Source: Octopus sinensis (lineage: Eukaryota). Taken from it: a stretch of DNA of 64,000 bases. Of the stretch, positions 39,176 through 52,785 are shown one piece after another. The notes beneath the pieces are model-generated. The model was given only the letters and a program-made list of their open reading frames with translations, was not told where the DNA came from and ran no database searches. The stretch spans positions 13,640,001-13,704,000 of the forward strand of contig NC_043005.1 in NCBI RefSeq assembly GCF_006345805.1, given 5' to 3'. The first letter of the stretch is position 1. Every line of letters begins with the position of its first letter. A program made the translations under genes and the position numbers.

Positions 39176-39676
39176 CATACATATGTGTACCTATTCATAC
39201 CTACACATACACACATATACATACAAATACAAATACAAACCCATTCCCTAATTTTAATTTTATTATTTTCATTCATTACTTTTGTTATCTTTGACCGCTG
39301 GTCACAAGCATCTTGGCTAAGACAGCTAGTCCCTTTTATCTTTCTACTTGAGCACAGGCACTCACTCACGCACGCACACACACTCATTCGTACACTCATA
39401 CACATACACGCACGCACGCGTTATATTCATACATACATACATCTACATACATACACGTATATACACACACACACATTATATATATATATATATATATATA
39501 TAAGTAGTTAAGGGTTAAGCAACAAGTTGCTTCACCACATACCGAAAATTTAGAAATAGCAGCCAAAGACAGCTCATTCCTTTTTACTACAGATATTACT
39601 CCACAGATAACAATATTTGTAACTCACATAGGCAAAACGAAGGAAAAATAACGAAACCAAACAGTCTTCGATTAAT

Positions 39677-39730
39677 TATGGACGCGTTTCTGGATTAGAA
39701 TTATACAAATTCATTTCCGTCCTCAGCATA
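39677..39730 (-). ncRNA. Minimal type I hammerhead
   Basis: TATG-CTGAGGA-cGGA...TCCa-GAAAC-GC-GTC-CATA. Palindromic stem III ACGCGT. Confidence 0.75.
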
Positions 39731-40067
39731 ATATTTCGAAAATTTATAAATTTGAAAATGCTAGGAACCTACCCTTTGCATCCCTATATGTATATATATA
39801 TATACATATATAAATTAATAATAAATATTAGGGAATAAATCCAAACTTACAGGGAAAAATCAGATTTAGGATTGAATCCAATTTTATAGTAAAATATTAT
39901 ATTATATTAAATTAGAGACAAAATAATAATATAAATTAATCATATGTATTGGCTTAAGTTTTTCATTGTTTGATTTGCCTAATAGTGGTTTTGTCTCTAA
40001 TTTAACATAATATATATATATATATATATATAGATATATGTGTGTGGTGTGTGGTGTGTGTGTGTGT

Positions 40068-40104
<37 letters not shown>

Positions 40105-40328
40105 TGTGCGTGTTTGTAACAAAAGAACACGACATTATGCAATGAACTAATGAAGTTCATTGTATAATTTCCAGTTCCTTTGTCATTTATTTAATTTCAT
40201 ATTACGTTCTGTACTTGACTAACACTTTTTTCAGAAGCATGCTTATATTGACTTCTCTAACCCCAAGCTATTAATATTGCTATGCCCAAGCGAAATATAG
40301 ATAGATAGATAGATAGATAGATAAAGAA

Positions 40329-40360
<32 letters not shown>

Positions 40361-40878
40361 CGAAATTTACACAGAGAAAGAAAGAATAAACGTAGAAAAG
40401 TTTGTATCTTCTAACATAAAACATTTATTGTGTCCCTGTCGGTCACGCTGTATGCTGTAGGGAAAGAATAGTAAAACAACAGACAAAGTGGCAATGGTTG
40501 GAAGTTGCAAATGCTAAAGCAGACCGACAACATTTAAAGGGTCTGCTCCAAAGATGCTAAGGAAAGAAGAGTAAAACAACAAACGGAGTAACTGTGAGTG
40601 ACAGTCAGAGGCAAACTGTAGTGAGTTCTGAAGTCAACAATATTTAAATAAAAATGAAGTTAAAAATTTTATCGTAAATTATATTTATCCATTTCACACA
40701 TGCACACACACGCACACACACACACACACAAAGCGGCATATATGTTACATACAATAAAATGGTTTCATCGATCTAAAACATGCAAACAAATACGCACGCG
40801 CACACACATACATGCACTTACACATGCATATACATGCCCTTGCATAGATGTACGTAAATAGGTATGCGTATGTATCAG

Positions 40879-40910
<32 letters not shown>

Positions 40911-40915
<5 letters not shown>

Positions 40916-41141
40916 AGTATATGAAAGAATGGAGTTGAACGACTAGTTAACAAATATCCTTTATTCTCGACATGTGTTTCGAAGGCTGCATATTCCTAAT
41001 TCCGAAGGAATAAGGAGTACACTATGCAGATTTCTCTTCAGGAAAATCAAGGAATTAGGAATATGCAGCCTTCGAAACATATGTCGAGAATAAAGGATAT
41101 TTGTTAACTAGTCGTTCAACTCCATTCTTTCATATACTTAT
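40911..41141. repeat. Fold-back with ~90-bp inverted arms
   Basis: TATAAGTATATGAAAGAATGGAGTTGAACG...ATTCCTAATTCC pairs with its reverse complement at 41051-41141. Confidence 0.92.
40964..41046 (-). ncRNA. Type I hammerhead with long stem II
   Basis: TTTTC-CTGAAGA-GAAatCTGCATA...TATGCAGccTTC-GAAAC-ACAT-GTC-GAGAA. Confidence 0.75.
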
Positions 41142-41295
41142 AATTTTAAAATAAACATACAAATTTCCGCACGAAGACACGTAGTCTATGCCCTAGCGAC
41201 GTAGCTTCAACCGTGTTCTTTCTGATATGAATTTGCTACCCAGGTATCGGTCATCTTTCGAATTATCCTTAATAAGATAATTCATTCGATTACTC

Positions 41296-41340
<45 letters not shown>

Positions 41341-41367
41341 ACACAAACACACACATATACATATATA

Positions 41368-41581
41368 CAGTAATCCTTCACCATATCGCGGTTCACCTAT
41401 CGCGCACTTAGTACATCGCGGATTTTTCTGGCTAATATAACGTCACTGTAAATTTATATCGCGGACTCCTCCGTGTCTCGCAGGTTTCTGCGGCCGATAG
41501 GTATTTATATTTCCTTAAATTTTAATTATTTGTGTGGGATGTTTTGGAACATAACACACGCAATAGCCAAGGGATTACTGT
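41368..41581. mobile_element. pogo/Tigger-like MITE
   Basis: TA-CAGTAATCCTT...AGGGATTACTG-TA termini and ATCGCG subrepeats. Confidence 0.65.
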
Positions 41582-41584
41582 ATA

Positions 41585-41703
<119 letters not shown>

Positions 41704-41787
41704 TGTATGTATGTATGTATGTTGGCGGACTTGCCAGGTTGCCATCTTACTCGATGGCAAGGGGGTCCCTGCGCCATTAGAGTCAAT

Positions 41788-41834
<47 letters not shown>

Positions 41835-41841
41835 GAGAGAG

Positions 41842-41877
<36 letters not shown>

Positions 41878-41879
41878 AT

Positions 41880-41933
<54 letters not shown>

Positions 41934-42051
41934 GAATGAGAGAGAGAGAGAGAGTGAGAGAGAGAGAAGAATGAGAGAGAGAGAGAGTGAGAGAGAGAGA
42001 ATGGCACTGAATACAGCCAGAGATTGTAAGCAAATGTAGCTTTATACTCAC

Positions 42052-42278
42052 AAATGCGTCACTGTTTCAGGGATACCTTTCGGTACTGACGTCAAATTCG
42101 TATCTTCACAGTTGATTTCTTTATGATTGTTTCTACACTTGCAGAAAGATTCACAGAGTGGATATATCGCCGAAGATATTGAATCCATTACAGCCGTATG
42201 TATTAAAAATATCAAACATAGTTTAAATAAAGTTTCTTTCGATTTGAAATGGCATGGTAACAGGTTTAGACCGACCAT
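42052..42278 (-). CDS. LRR-Ly6/uPAR gene, first coding exon: signal peptide + LRRNT
   Basis: Translates as [76 protein letters not shown] hydrophobic stretch is followed by the LRRNT pattern CxxxCxC..C....L.SVP.GIP..VT.L. An in-frame TGA lies upstream of the ATG. Ends TT|GTGAGT (phase 2 donor). An acceptor TTTTATTTTCGCAG ending at 42424 implies a 5'UTR part 42279-42423 and a non-coding exon further right. Confidence 0.88.
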
Positions 42279-42708
42279 ATTTGCAGAATATCGTAACTTT
42301 GTGCATAAAACTGTCGTTTGAAGAATGAATATTCACGCAGGATTATATTAACGTCTCCTCATTTCTTTTCACACACTCCCAAGTCCCTGGTGTACATGTG
42401 ATCATACTTCCGATGAAATTAATCTGCGAAAATAAAAATAATAAAAAATGAATATATAATAATTGGAAACTTAAATTTTTTGGCTTCGTTATTTTGATTT
42501 TACGAATTTTAATAAATTTCCAAGTTAATTATTTCAAATTAAATTTTTGGTTTTATGAAACTTAATTGCAAATTTAGAATTGAGATAGACGAACCTTACG
42601 CTCTGAATTATTATATTGACTGGAAAACTAAACCAATCGTTTTTAAATATACATATATGCTCTTAGACATGAGAATGAACTGTATAAATATCACATACGA
42701 TTTAATAA

Positions 42709-43030
42709 GGGATCTTTACCTTTTGACCTACAGATTTATAAAATAACTTTTTGTAACTAAACACTTTCAAACTTCGGACACTGGAAGAATGTGTCATATA
42801 AAACATCTTTTACTCTTAGCATTTTTGAGAAAAACTTATATTTACGAAGTTATTTCACGTTAAAGTTTTCGTATTTCGGTAATTTCAACCAATCAATGAC
42901 GTATATTCATGCTGAATAAAATTACTGCCGTTGTTTGTCAACAACAACTATCGGTGGTGTATTTTTCGTTTGTCACTGTTATTTATGACATCGTTCGTGC
43001 GTTTGTACTGGTTTTAAGGTTTTAGGGTTA
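42709..43030. mobile_element. Fragment related to the Merlin-like element at 21167
   Basis: GGATCTTTACC terminus. Shares AAACTTCG..ACTG..AGAATGTGT..TATAAAACATCTTT and TTTCAACCAATCA..GACGT with the 21167 element. Confidence 0.6.
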
Positions 43031-44261
43031 GGACAAATAACCAAGAAATCAAACAACTTTTTCGCATTTTATAGATATTGATGATTATTATTACATTAAT
43101 ACTCACCATTATATATAAAATCATTTTTCATAATGAATTTTCGCACTTTGTTTTTTTACGAAGCCTTCGTATTATGCACTTTGCTTCATTATAACAATTT
43201 TATACACAGTAAAGGTATAGGATCTAACATTTTTACAATTATAATTACATTTATCATTATCCTAAAAAATTACTAATTCTAAAGGAAATAAAAATACAGG
43301 CAGGTTTCATTTACTTAACACAAAACAAGCATCTATAATAACTTTGGCTTGCATACTTTAATTCTGTTACTTCTCTTTATTGTGGTGGTACATTGAATAT
43401 AGAGCCTAATGATGATAATGAAGAGAAAATAAATATATGGGATACTGAATTGAATGATAAACACATAAAGAAAAATCAAAACAAATATAGAAAAAATATA
43501 GGAAATACAACTAAAGCTAATAACGAAACCCTGTCCAGATAACTTTTTCTTATTGTCAGAATTTAAGAAAAAAATATGTGAAAATTAAAAAAAAAAAATT
43601 CTTATTCTAATTCAATCAGCAACAATGACAAATAATTCAAATATTTTTTAACAAAAAAAATATTTATTAGTTTTATTGCATTCCTCGGAAAAAAGTGGAT
43701 CACAATGAAAAATGCTGGCGCATTCTTAAGTTATTGCACTTGGAAAAGTTCAGAACAAGATTTCAACAGTAGAAATCACCTAATTCGTCACCTCTAAAGG
43801 AAACTAAAAAGTACTTAAAATTAAAATTCTACTGTATTTAAAATACTGCAGCCGAGAACATTTTAAAAATTACAATACATTATAATTGGAGATATTTATT
43901 TTATTTATTATGAGAATCTAAAAACTAACTCTTTAAAAACATGGTACAAAAATAATCAATAATAAATTTAAACAAAATTCTTTTTAAAAATTATGCCTTT
44001 TGAAATGTACAGTTAAAATAGTTGTTTTACTTAGTTCTATCAAGTGCAAACAATAAGATATGAAGTTGTAAATAATATTGCACAAGATTATTTTTTTTAC
44101 TTGAATTAAATATCTCGTCACAAATGAAAAAAACATTGATGGCAGAAGAATGGTCATTAAATGATTTCAAATCAACCATATGCTCAGTCAGTTCTTCCAC
44201 ATTAAAAAAAACCCCATTTAATCTGACAGGTAAATCATAAGTAAAATTTATTAGCAATGAT

Positions 44262-44366
44262 ACAGTAGAATTAGCCTAATTCGTCTTTGTCTAATTTGTT
44301 ACTTTTCACCTAATCCGTTACTTTCAATTTTCTCCTAGGGATGACTAATTTGGCGAATTCTGCTGT
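44262..44366. mobile_element. Small pogo-like MITE (related copy at 43767-43834)
   Basis: TA-CAGTAGAATTAGCCTAATT...AATTTGGCGAATTCTGCTG-TA. Confidence 0.55.
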
Positions 44367-44952
44367 ATTTTTAAAAATTAATTTTATTTTATTTCAGTTT
44401 TAAAATACTGCTTGCTTTTCCCAAAAATAAGCCCATGTGCTTAAATAAAACTTCAATAATTTTGCTTAAATAATTTTTTCCTGAAAATAATATAAATTAC
44501 TGGGGCTATACATGAAAAGAGTACTGTGATAGCGTATGTGTGTTTTTGTGTGTAAGTGTATGTGTGAATAAACTCAGAATTTATTTACATCTGTACGTTT
44601 GATAAATACGCCTTCAGCTTTGCCATATCAGCAAATCCTTGGAGGATTAACACCAGAACAGCTTGACTAACTTCTGATGTGTTATTGATATGCTGCCATC
44701 AAAACAAGAATAACCAGCGACTTTTAATCGCAGCATTTCTCATTATTAGTTGTAAGCTCGTCAATCGCATTATAAAACGAATGAGAATACGTACTCTAAG
44801 TGAGATGACAACAACCAATCTAGATTAGTCGATCTGACCTCTGACTTATTCTATACAGAGAGTCATAGAGTTTAATCATAAAGTATATTTACACAACACG
44901 GCTGAATGTATTTTTAAGAAAAGTGTTTTTATAACCTTATCTCTGATGTATA

Positions 44953-45185
44953 CAGAGTTGGCCAAAAGTCATCTGGCAATACATCGAAACCGTTTAATTT
45001 CAAGATTTATTTATGTTTAACAACTGAATGAATAAAATAAAAGTATTTAAAGATGAAAAATCATGAAAAAGTTTCAAGCTGAAGTCCTTCTTGAGCGATA
45101 CATTCTTCTATTCGAGTCAATACAGAATTACAGATAGTATTTATGGAATTTTGATTTACTGTCGGTTGACTTTTGGCCAACCTCG
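44953..45185. mobile_element. Tc1-type MITE
   Basis: TIR core GTTGGCCAAAAGTCA / TGACTTTTGGCCAAC with TA flanks. Minus-strand RIEECIAQEGLQLE resembles a Tc1 transposase C-terminus. Confidence 0.7.
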
Positions 45186-45191
45186 TATGTA

Positions 45192-45222
<31 letters not shown>

Positions 45223-45224
45223 CA

Positions 45225-46090
45225 TCCAAAGGTACACCAGCACAGACTCGTCCCAAATGCCGCCAGTGAGCGCCTGATGACTATTAGGATCCCATTCATA
45301 CGGGACAGATTCCTTACAATGATCTCTGTGTATGCCCCTACTTTCACATCTGAAGATGACTTCATGGCTTCGTTCAACAACCTGGTGGACAGCACTATCC
45401 AGACAGTCCCCGCGCATGACAAATTCGTCGTGTTGGGGGTGGGGGGCTTTAACGGGAGAGTCGGCAGCGACCATTGTCTGTGGAATGGCGTTCTTGGCCA
45501 TCACGGCATTGGGAAATGCAATGCCAATGGCCTGCTCCTCCCGGGCCCTTGCGGCGGGCATGAACTCGTCATCACCAACTCCCTATTTCGTCTCCCTACC
45601 CGAGAAAAAGCAACCTTGAATCACTCACGGTCTAAACACTGGCACATCCTCGACTACGTTCTGACAAGATCCAGGAACAGACGAGATGTACGCATCACCC
45701 GCTCCATGCCTGGTGCAGATGACTGCTGGACGGATCACCGTCTGCGCCGAACACTAGAGCTCACAGGAATCCTAAGACATCAGGGAATCCATTGAGAAAC
45801 ACCTGATGGACCTCCCAGAGCCAACTTACACTAAGGATCGCTGGACCAGCCATCGTGAAGCCATGATCGCTGCTGCCGAGGAGACGATCGGCTTTGCTCG
45901 GAAGAATGACCAAGACTGGTTTGACGAGAATGATAAAACCATCTCCCGTCTTATCGCAGCCAAACTCCGGACGCGCCTAGCCCTCGAGAACCATGCCACT
46001 GCGGAGAACAAACGAAAACACCAGCAAGCATCAGCGGAATGCCAACGAGGAATTCGATAAGCTCAGAACATCTGGTGGCAAATGAAAGCA
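45225..46090 (+). mobile_element. RTE LINE, AP-endonuclease fragment
   Basis: SERLMTIR...ISVYAPT...GFNGRVG...NANGLLL...ITNSLF...SKHWHILDYVL...CWTDHRL; NDQDWFDEND. Confidence 0.92.
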
Positions 46091-46249
46091 TTTGTACGCG
46101 CAAGTACATCAGCTGTTGCGATCGATACTACGCGTACGCGAGAAAAATGCACGTGCAGTTTGTGCAAAAAAAGCCGGCTGGCTTGAAATAATGCCACAAA
46201 ATGCAGTATATTTAAGAGACCAAAAAAGTAAGATGCAAAAGAGATATGC

Positions 46250-46510
46250 AACTCTTCGGTTGCATATTGGTGTGAATAAAAAGGTTATTCTTTATTTCTT
46301 CTTTTGCTGGTGTCTCAATTTAGGTTAAATCAGTGTTTCTCAAAGGAGAGGCCTATGGGACGGTCGGACATGTTATTTTGTGAAAATTTGGTTTAAATGT
46401 TGGACAACTTAAATGTTGGACGGGGGGCGTTTTGCTCGTATATACATATATATATATATATATACATACATACGCGCAGATGTATATACACATATATACA
46501 TGCATATACA
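46250..46510. repeat. ~260-bp repeat with an inverted partner at 49920-50202
   Basis: ACTCTTCGGTTGCATATT...TGCTGGTGTCTCAA...GTTAAATCAGTGTTTCTCAAAG...GGCCTATGGGACGGTC is reverse-complemented at about 49.98-50.20 kb. Confidence 0.85.
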
Positions 46511-46599
46511 CACATATATATATATATATACATAACGCGCGCGCGCGCGTGTATGTATGTATATATGTGAGATATATTTGTGAGATAATAGTTTCACTT

Positions 46600-46881
46600 A
46601 AATAGTTTCAGTATTAAATAGCGAAACTATGAAACTGAAAGTAATTCACATTACAATAGCGAGATATTATTGTTTTACTGTTGACACATATTACTGATAT
46701 AGTGTAAAGAGATAAGAGATTGCTCCGGGCTCGCATTAGGCAAGAAGTAGAAAATTCTTTTAGGCCTATAACACTGCATGGACCCTAAGTAAGGCATGTA
46801 TAAAAATTTAATGAAATCGGTTGGGTAGTTCTCGAGTTTTAGGGATTCACACAGACAGACACACATTCTCAGTTTTATATG

Positions 46882-46885
<4 letters not shown>
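46600..46885 (-). mobile_element. Probable Helitron 5' fragment
   Basis: Minus-strand start ATATAAAACTGAGAATGTGTGTCTGTCTG resembles the 5' ends of the Helitrons at 18009 and 56845. Confidence 0.45.
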
Positions 46886-46950
<65 letters not shown>

Positions 46951-46975
46951 ATATATATATATGTATATGTATATA

Positions 46976-48521
46976 CAGCCTTGGCCAAAAGCATTAGGCC
47001 ACCCCCAATGTTTTGGGGTTCTTCTATCTTAATGGTAATGAAACTCGTGCACATGGTAGATTATGGTATATTTCACAATATGCTTTGGTTTTAATATCTG
47101 GTTGAACCTCCTTTAGCATCAATTACCACTTTTATACATATGCAACTAATTATGAGTTAGACCAACGTCCAAAATTAACTTATGTTTCCGTGATTATTTC
47201 ATAGGTTTATGCTAAAATACATTGTAGATACAGTAAATAAACAGTAAAATGCCTAAAACAAGAGAGTTGAGGGAGAGTGAGCGAGGTCAAATCGTAGCTC
47301 ATCATGAAGATGGAATGTCTCAAAGGCAAATTGCTCAGAAGATGCAATGTTATCGATGTGCAGTGCAAACGACTCTCAAGCACATCAGAGAGACAAAAGA
47401 TGTGAAGACAATACAAAGAACAGGCAGACAAAACGTTACATCACCTCTTGATGATAGATCCATCATCCTTCAGTCGCTCAGAAACAGAAGAAAAACTTCG
47501 TCGGAGCTCTGTGAGGACTTCAACAAGGCAAATACTTCACAAATATCAACCAGAACTGTCAGAAAAAGGCTTGTAGAGTACGGTCTGAAAGGTTGTAAAG
47601 CCAGGAAGAAGCCATGGGTTTCTGAAGTGAATATGGAAAAACGTCTTCTGTGGGCCAAAAACCACTCAAATTGGACCATTGAGCAATGGTCAAAAGTCAT
47701 ATGGTCTAATAAAAGTAACTATGATGTAAGATCGTACATGTTTTCAATCAACACATAAACTTAATGTAACTGGTTTGTTGCCCAAAATATATAAAAAAAA
47801 AAGGTATCCAGCATAAAGCTAATATTAGTTTTCGTGTTTTTACCTAGGTTTTCGGTACATCTGGTGCAACTTTCATGCGTTGTAGACTTGGGGAAACATT
47901 TAGGGCTGAGTGTCTGGTAGCAACCGTAAAACATGGGAGTGGTTCTAACATGGTGTGGGCCTGCATGACTGCCACAGGACCCGGAGAAATATTTTTATGT
48001 CAGGGAAGGATAAATTCAGCTACATATGCTTCTATGTTATCAGATGTTTTAGAGCCATCAATTGCTAAATTGCATCCAGGAGTGTCGAAAAGCAGTGATA
48101 TATTTCAACAGGACAACGCTCCATGTCATACAGCAAAGAATACTCATCAATAGTTTGAGACATAGGGTATTGTTCCCACGGACTGTCCAGTTAAAAGTCC
48201 CGATCTAAGTGTGATCGAACACCTATGGGGAACTCTTGATGAAGCTATCAGGAACACAGCAATTGAAAATAAAGGGCATTTGTACCATACGTTAAGAGAA
48301 GAATGGAATAAAATTGCATCTAGGACCTGCGAGAAACTTGTTGATTCAATGCCTAACTGTATAAAAACGGTAATTGATGCTAAAGGAGGGTCAGCCGCAT
48401 ATTAAAACGAATGTGTATTGTGAAATATATACCATAATCTACCATGTCCACGAGTTTCATTAACATTGAGATAGCAGAACCCCAAAATATTGGGGTAGCC
48501 TAATACTTTTGGCCAAGACTG
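46976..48521 (+). mobile_element. Full-length Tc1 element with ~165-bp TIRs and TA TSD
   Basis: CAGCCTTGGCCAAAAGCATTAGGC... / ...GCCTAATACTTTTGGCCAAGACTG. Confidence 0.95.
47249..48405 (+). pseudogene. Intron-containing Tc1 DD34E transposase pseudogene (exons 47249-47725 and 47848-48405)
   Basis: Paired-like HTH with GR motif; WSNKS (decayed WSDES); GAT|GTAAGA...CCTAG|GTT in-frame intron; QQDNAPCH; two TAG stops; SPDLSVIEHLW. Confidence 0.9.
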
Positions 48522-48613
48522 TATACACACAAATACATACACACACACATACACACATACATACATACATACATAAATACATACATACATACATACATAC
48601 ATACATACATACA

Positions 48614-48647
<34 letters not shown>

Positions 48648-49070
48648 CATATATACATATATATATATATAATGAATTTATAATAAAGGAGAACAGAGAT
48701 TTATATCCAGTTTTATTCAGTAGTTAATTACTTCTTTTCATTTCTGCACCTAAATATGTCTCTACAGCAATTAATGCAGACTGCAAAATTTGGATCTTTT
48801 TGTGCATTTCTCGTTAATTGTCACGTCCTCAGGCTGGAGCTAACTGCATTGTTGAGATAGACTCTAAATTAAATATAAGTCCAGCCGAAATCTATCGTAC
48901 TCATAGCGTCATTGTTCCCAAAATTGACTAGCTGTCCAAGAAATTTCGGCAGCCTGCACACATAGACCACCCTCAAATGGTGTGTGGTAGTATTAATGCT
49001 TAGTATCAGGTTACCATAAGTATGTTTAGTGGGATAATAATAACAGCAATAAACATACTTAATTTGGTAT

Positions 49071-49510
49071 GTTGATGTAGTTTTTCACGCTGAATATGAT
49101 ATTGTTATTCACTTGTTCTAGAAAGGTTTTAGAAAAATGTTACTGAGGTTTAAAGTTTGATCGTTTTCACCCAATCAGAAAACAGGATTTGGAAGCTTAT
49201 ATCTTCTGTGCGATAAGTATCTATAACGACATTACCGACGACAATTTTTTATTAAACAAAATGAAAGCAATTAAATTACGACGACAAAGTTGTAAGAGGT
49301 CTTGAAGTTTTAATAAGTTTAAAAGAATAAAGCCTTATGAAACGGTGGAAGAGGCAATATAAAAGTTCAAATCTTCATTGAGATTTTTTTTTTGCTTGAT
49401 CAACCCCAGTGGATGACCTAGGGTAAATCAATTACTAACATAGTTTTAGAGAACATTTTCCAAGAATAAGTAAATAAGAAAATCAGATTCAGCGTAAAAA
49501 ATTTCATCAG
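49071..49510. mobile_element. Decayed DNA transposon with subterminal inverted repeats (Chapaev-like)
   Basis: GTTGATGTAGTTTTTCACGCTGAATATGAT versus ATCAGATTCAGCGTAAAAAATTTCATCAG. The superfamily call is inferred from recalled terminal motifs. Confidence 0.35.
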
Positions 49511-49871
49511 TACAATAAATTTGAGAATTTTCACTTAATTTTAAAACTTCAAAAACTGTGACAGCAACTGAAAAGAGCTGTAAGTTTTTCTGTCCGATAA
49601 AATAACGCAAAGCAAAAGTTCAACATTTTCTTATCATTGTCAAAGATTCTATTTCTTAACATTTTCTTATCATTGTAAATGACTGTATCATTGCATTTTA
49701 ATACATCTATGATAACCATTTTTTAACACTGCAAAGGCTATACAAAGCATTACATTTTAATTTTGAAAATCTTCTTTTAAAAATGTGAAACCGATCAAGT
49801 CAATACACATCTTTAAAAGATCACTACATTTTCAAATCCTCTTCCCTATATATATATATATATATATATAG

Positions 49872-49921
<50 letters not shown>

Positions 49922-51092
49922 ATGCAAGTATATATGTGTATATACATCTGCACGTATGTATGTATATGTATGTATATATAGATGTACGAGCAAAACGCCC
50001 CCGTCAAATGTATGGTGCTGAGTTGTCAAACATTTAAACCAAAGTTTCTCAAAACAACCTGTTAGACCGTCCCATAGGCCTCTCTTTGAGAAACACTGAT
50101 TTAACATATATTTGAGACACCAGCAAAAGAAGAAATAAAAATAGACTTTTTTCTATTCCAAAGAAAAACGATTTTATTCACACAAATACGCAACCGAAGA
50201 GTTTAAAGTACCAGTAATGATAAGACTGTTGACTGGGAGAACACAAACATGGCACAAACATGGTTTAAACAGTAAGCTTGGCAGGAAAGAAACGTGCCTT
50301 TAAGCATTACAAAACAAACATAAGTGGAAGGTGTAGTTATGTACAGGTTGACGGAAGAAAAGCAGGACAAAAACGGGTTTGTCAATCGCATTCTCACCTG
50401 GAATCAATTTTTTAATTTTTTCAAGACTTATACACGCCCTGATACCGTCGGTATCTACATATCAAATCTGAGCGCAATCAGATGGAGGATGCCCGAGATC
50501 CTAGAAGATATACACACAGGCAGACAGAACGGATTATATATGATAGATATATATACATGTATATGCATAGATATATATGTATATATGTATATGTATATAT
50601 ACATATTTATATGTATTTATATGTGTATATGTATGTATATATATGTACATGTGTGTATATATATATATATGTATGTATATATGAGTATAAATATATGTAT
50701 ACATGTATATATGTGTATATATAAATAGATGTATATATATATATAGATATATATATATATATATATGTATTATTATATGTATCTTTGTGTATATATATAT
50801 GTATGTATATATATGAATATATATATGTATACATATATATTTATGTATATACAAATTTTATGAACATAATTATAATCAAGGTGCAGCTAATTGCTCTGCT
50901 ACACACCGAATTTAGAAATAGGAGTTAAATGCCTTTTCTACTACCATATATATATATGTGTGATTATATATATATATATATGTATATATACATACATATA
51001 TTGTGCCTATATATATATATGTATATACATATACATGCATACTTATATGCATATATATATATACATGCTTATATATGTATTTATATATATAC

Positions 51093-51170
<78 letters not shown>

Positions 51171-51859
51171 AAAAGGATTGAATTAGATTCGTCCTTTAAT
51201 TTGGAGGTTTCCAGAGAAAAATTCTTATATTGTTTCTTCATATTTTGCCGGTAATTTACACGCGTGAATTTGCGAATATGAAAATAAAGCTTTCATATGA
51301 TGTGTAGTGAATTTATGGAAAAAAATCCCATAAAACTCAACAAATTTGTTAAAAATGGAGTAGAGAAGATGTGAAAATATATAAGAGAATTTCAATTCAT
51401 GCAGACGATCGTTTCGTACAGAGATATAAAAACCATGTAAAATCATAGTTAAACTGAATTGATTAAATTAAATCAATTATATATAACTGTACTGTTTAGT
51501 GCAAGAAGTATAAACAATTTTTTTAGAAAGTACTTGAGAAAGGAAATAGTAGAATAGAAACCAGGAAATTCGTATTTATCCCCATGGAAAACAGATATGT
51601 GAGTCCAGTTAGATATTAACTATAAACACATACACACATGAAAACAAAAATACTCTGTTGTTGATGTTGAAATTCCAATGAAAGAACATTGGATCTAGGT
51701 TAGAAACCGGCTCTGTCTCAATTGGCAAGAAATCTTGAAATAAAACAATGTCATACATACATACATGCATGCGTACATACAAATATATACGCACGCATGC
51801 GTATATACATGTGCATGTGCATATGAGAGTGACTGTGTATGTATGTATTCTTCTGTTCT

Positions 51860-52117
51860 TTAATTCTCTTACTTGTTTCAGACATATGACTGCGACCATG
51901 CTGGAGTACCGCTTGAAGGGGTTTTAGTCGAAGAAATCGACCGCAGAACTTATTCTTTATAAGCCCAGTACTTATTCTAAAGGTCTCTTATACCGAACCG
52001 CTAAGTTACGGGGACGTAAGCACACCAGCAGCGGTTGTCAAGTGGTAGAGGTGGACCAAATCAGACACAACGGCACACACGCAGATATATGTGTGTGTAT
52101 GTGTGTATATGTATATG

Positions 52118-52189
<72 letters not shown>

Positions 52190-52557
52190 TATATATAGAG
52201 GGCATTATTATACATACATGCCACACGCTAAGAGAGGACAAAATTAGTCATTTCTACCAAAAATTTTACTAATCCCACCGAATGCAATTTTCAAAGTAAG
52301 ACATTTAAAAATATTGGTGGTAGAAATGACTAATTTTGTCCCTCTTAGCGTGTGGCATGTATGTATAATAATGCCCTCTATATATAAATTAATATGTTCA
52401 ATAAGAAAGAATTATTTTCGAAAATTTTTCTTTTATGAGGTTTTTCACGCTATCTACCCGATAATTTCTTGTTAACGTTTTCCCTTATTAAGAGGTTGTC
52501 CTTAATTGCTATATATATATATATATATATAATATATATATTATATATAATATATAT

Positions 52558-52596
<39 letters not shown>

Positions 52597-52785
52597 ATAT
52601 ATATATATATATATATACATACGGCAGGCTTCTTTCAGTTTCCGCCTACCCAATCCACTCACAAGGCTTTGGTGTGTCCGGGACTATAGTAGAAAACACC
52701 TACCAAAGATGCCACGCAGTGGGACTGAACCCAGAACGATGTGGTTGGGAAGTAAGCTTCTTACCACATTGCCACTCCTGCGCCT
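51860..52785 (-). mobile_element. SINE family A split at its internal microsatellite by a fold-back insertion (52192-52384)
   Basis: Tail at 51860-52090 and head at 52620-52785. Arms TAGAGGGCATTATTATACATACATGCCACACGCTAAGAG...CATTTCTACCA and their reverse complement. Confidence 0.8.

Noticed and set aside
40220-40240. Plus-strand branch point and acceptor (GACTAAC...TTTTCAG)
   Set aside because: No convincing coding exon or partner exons follow on the plus strand.
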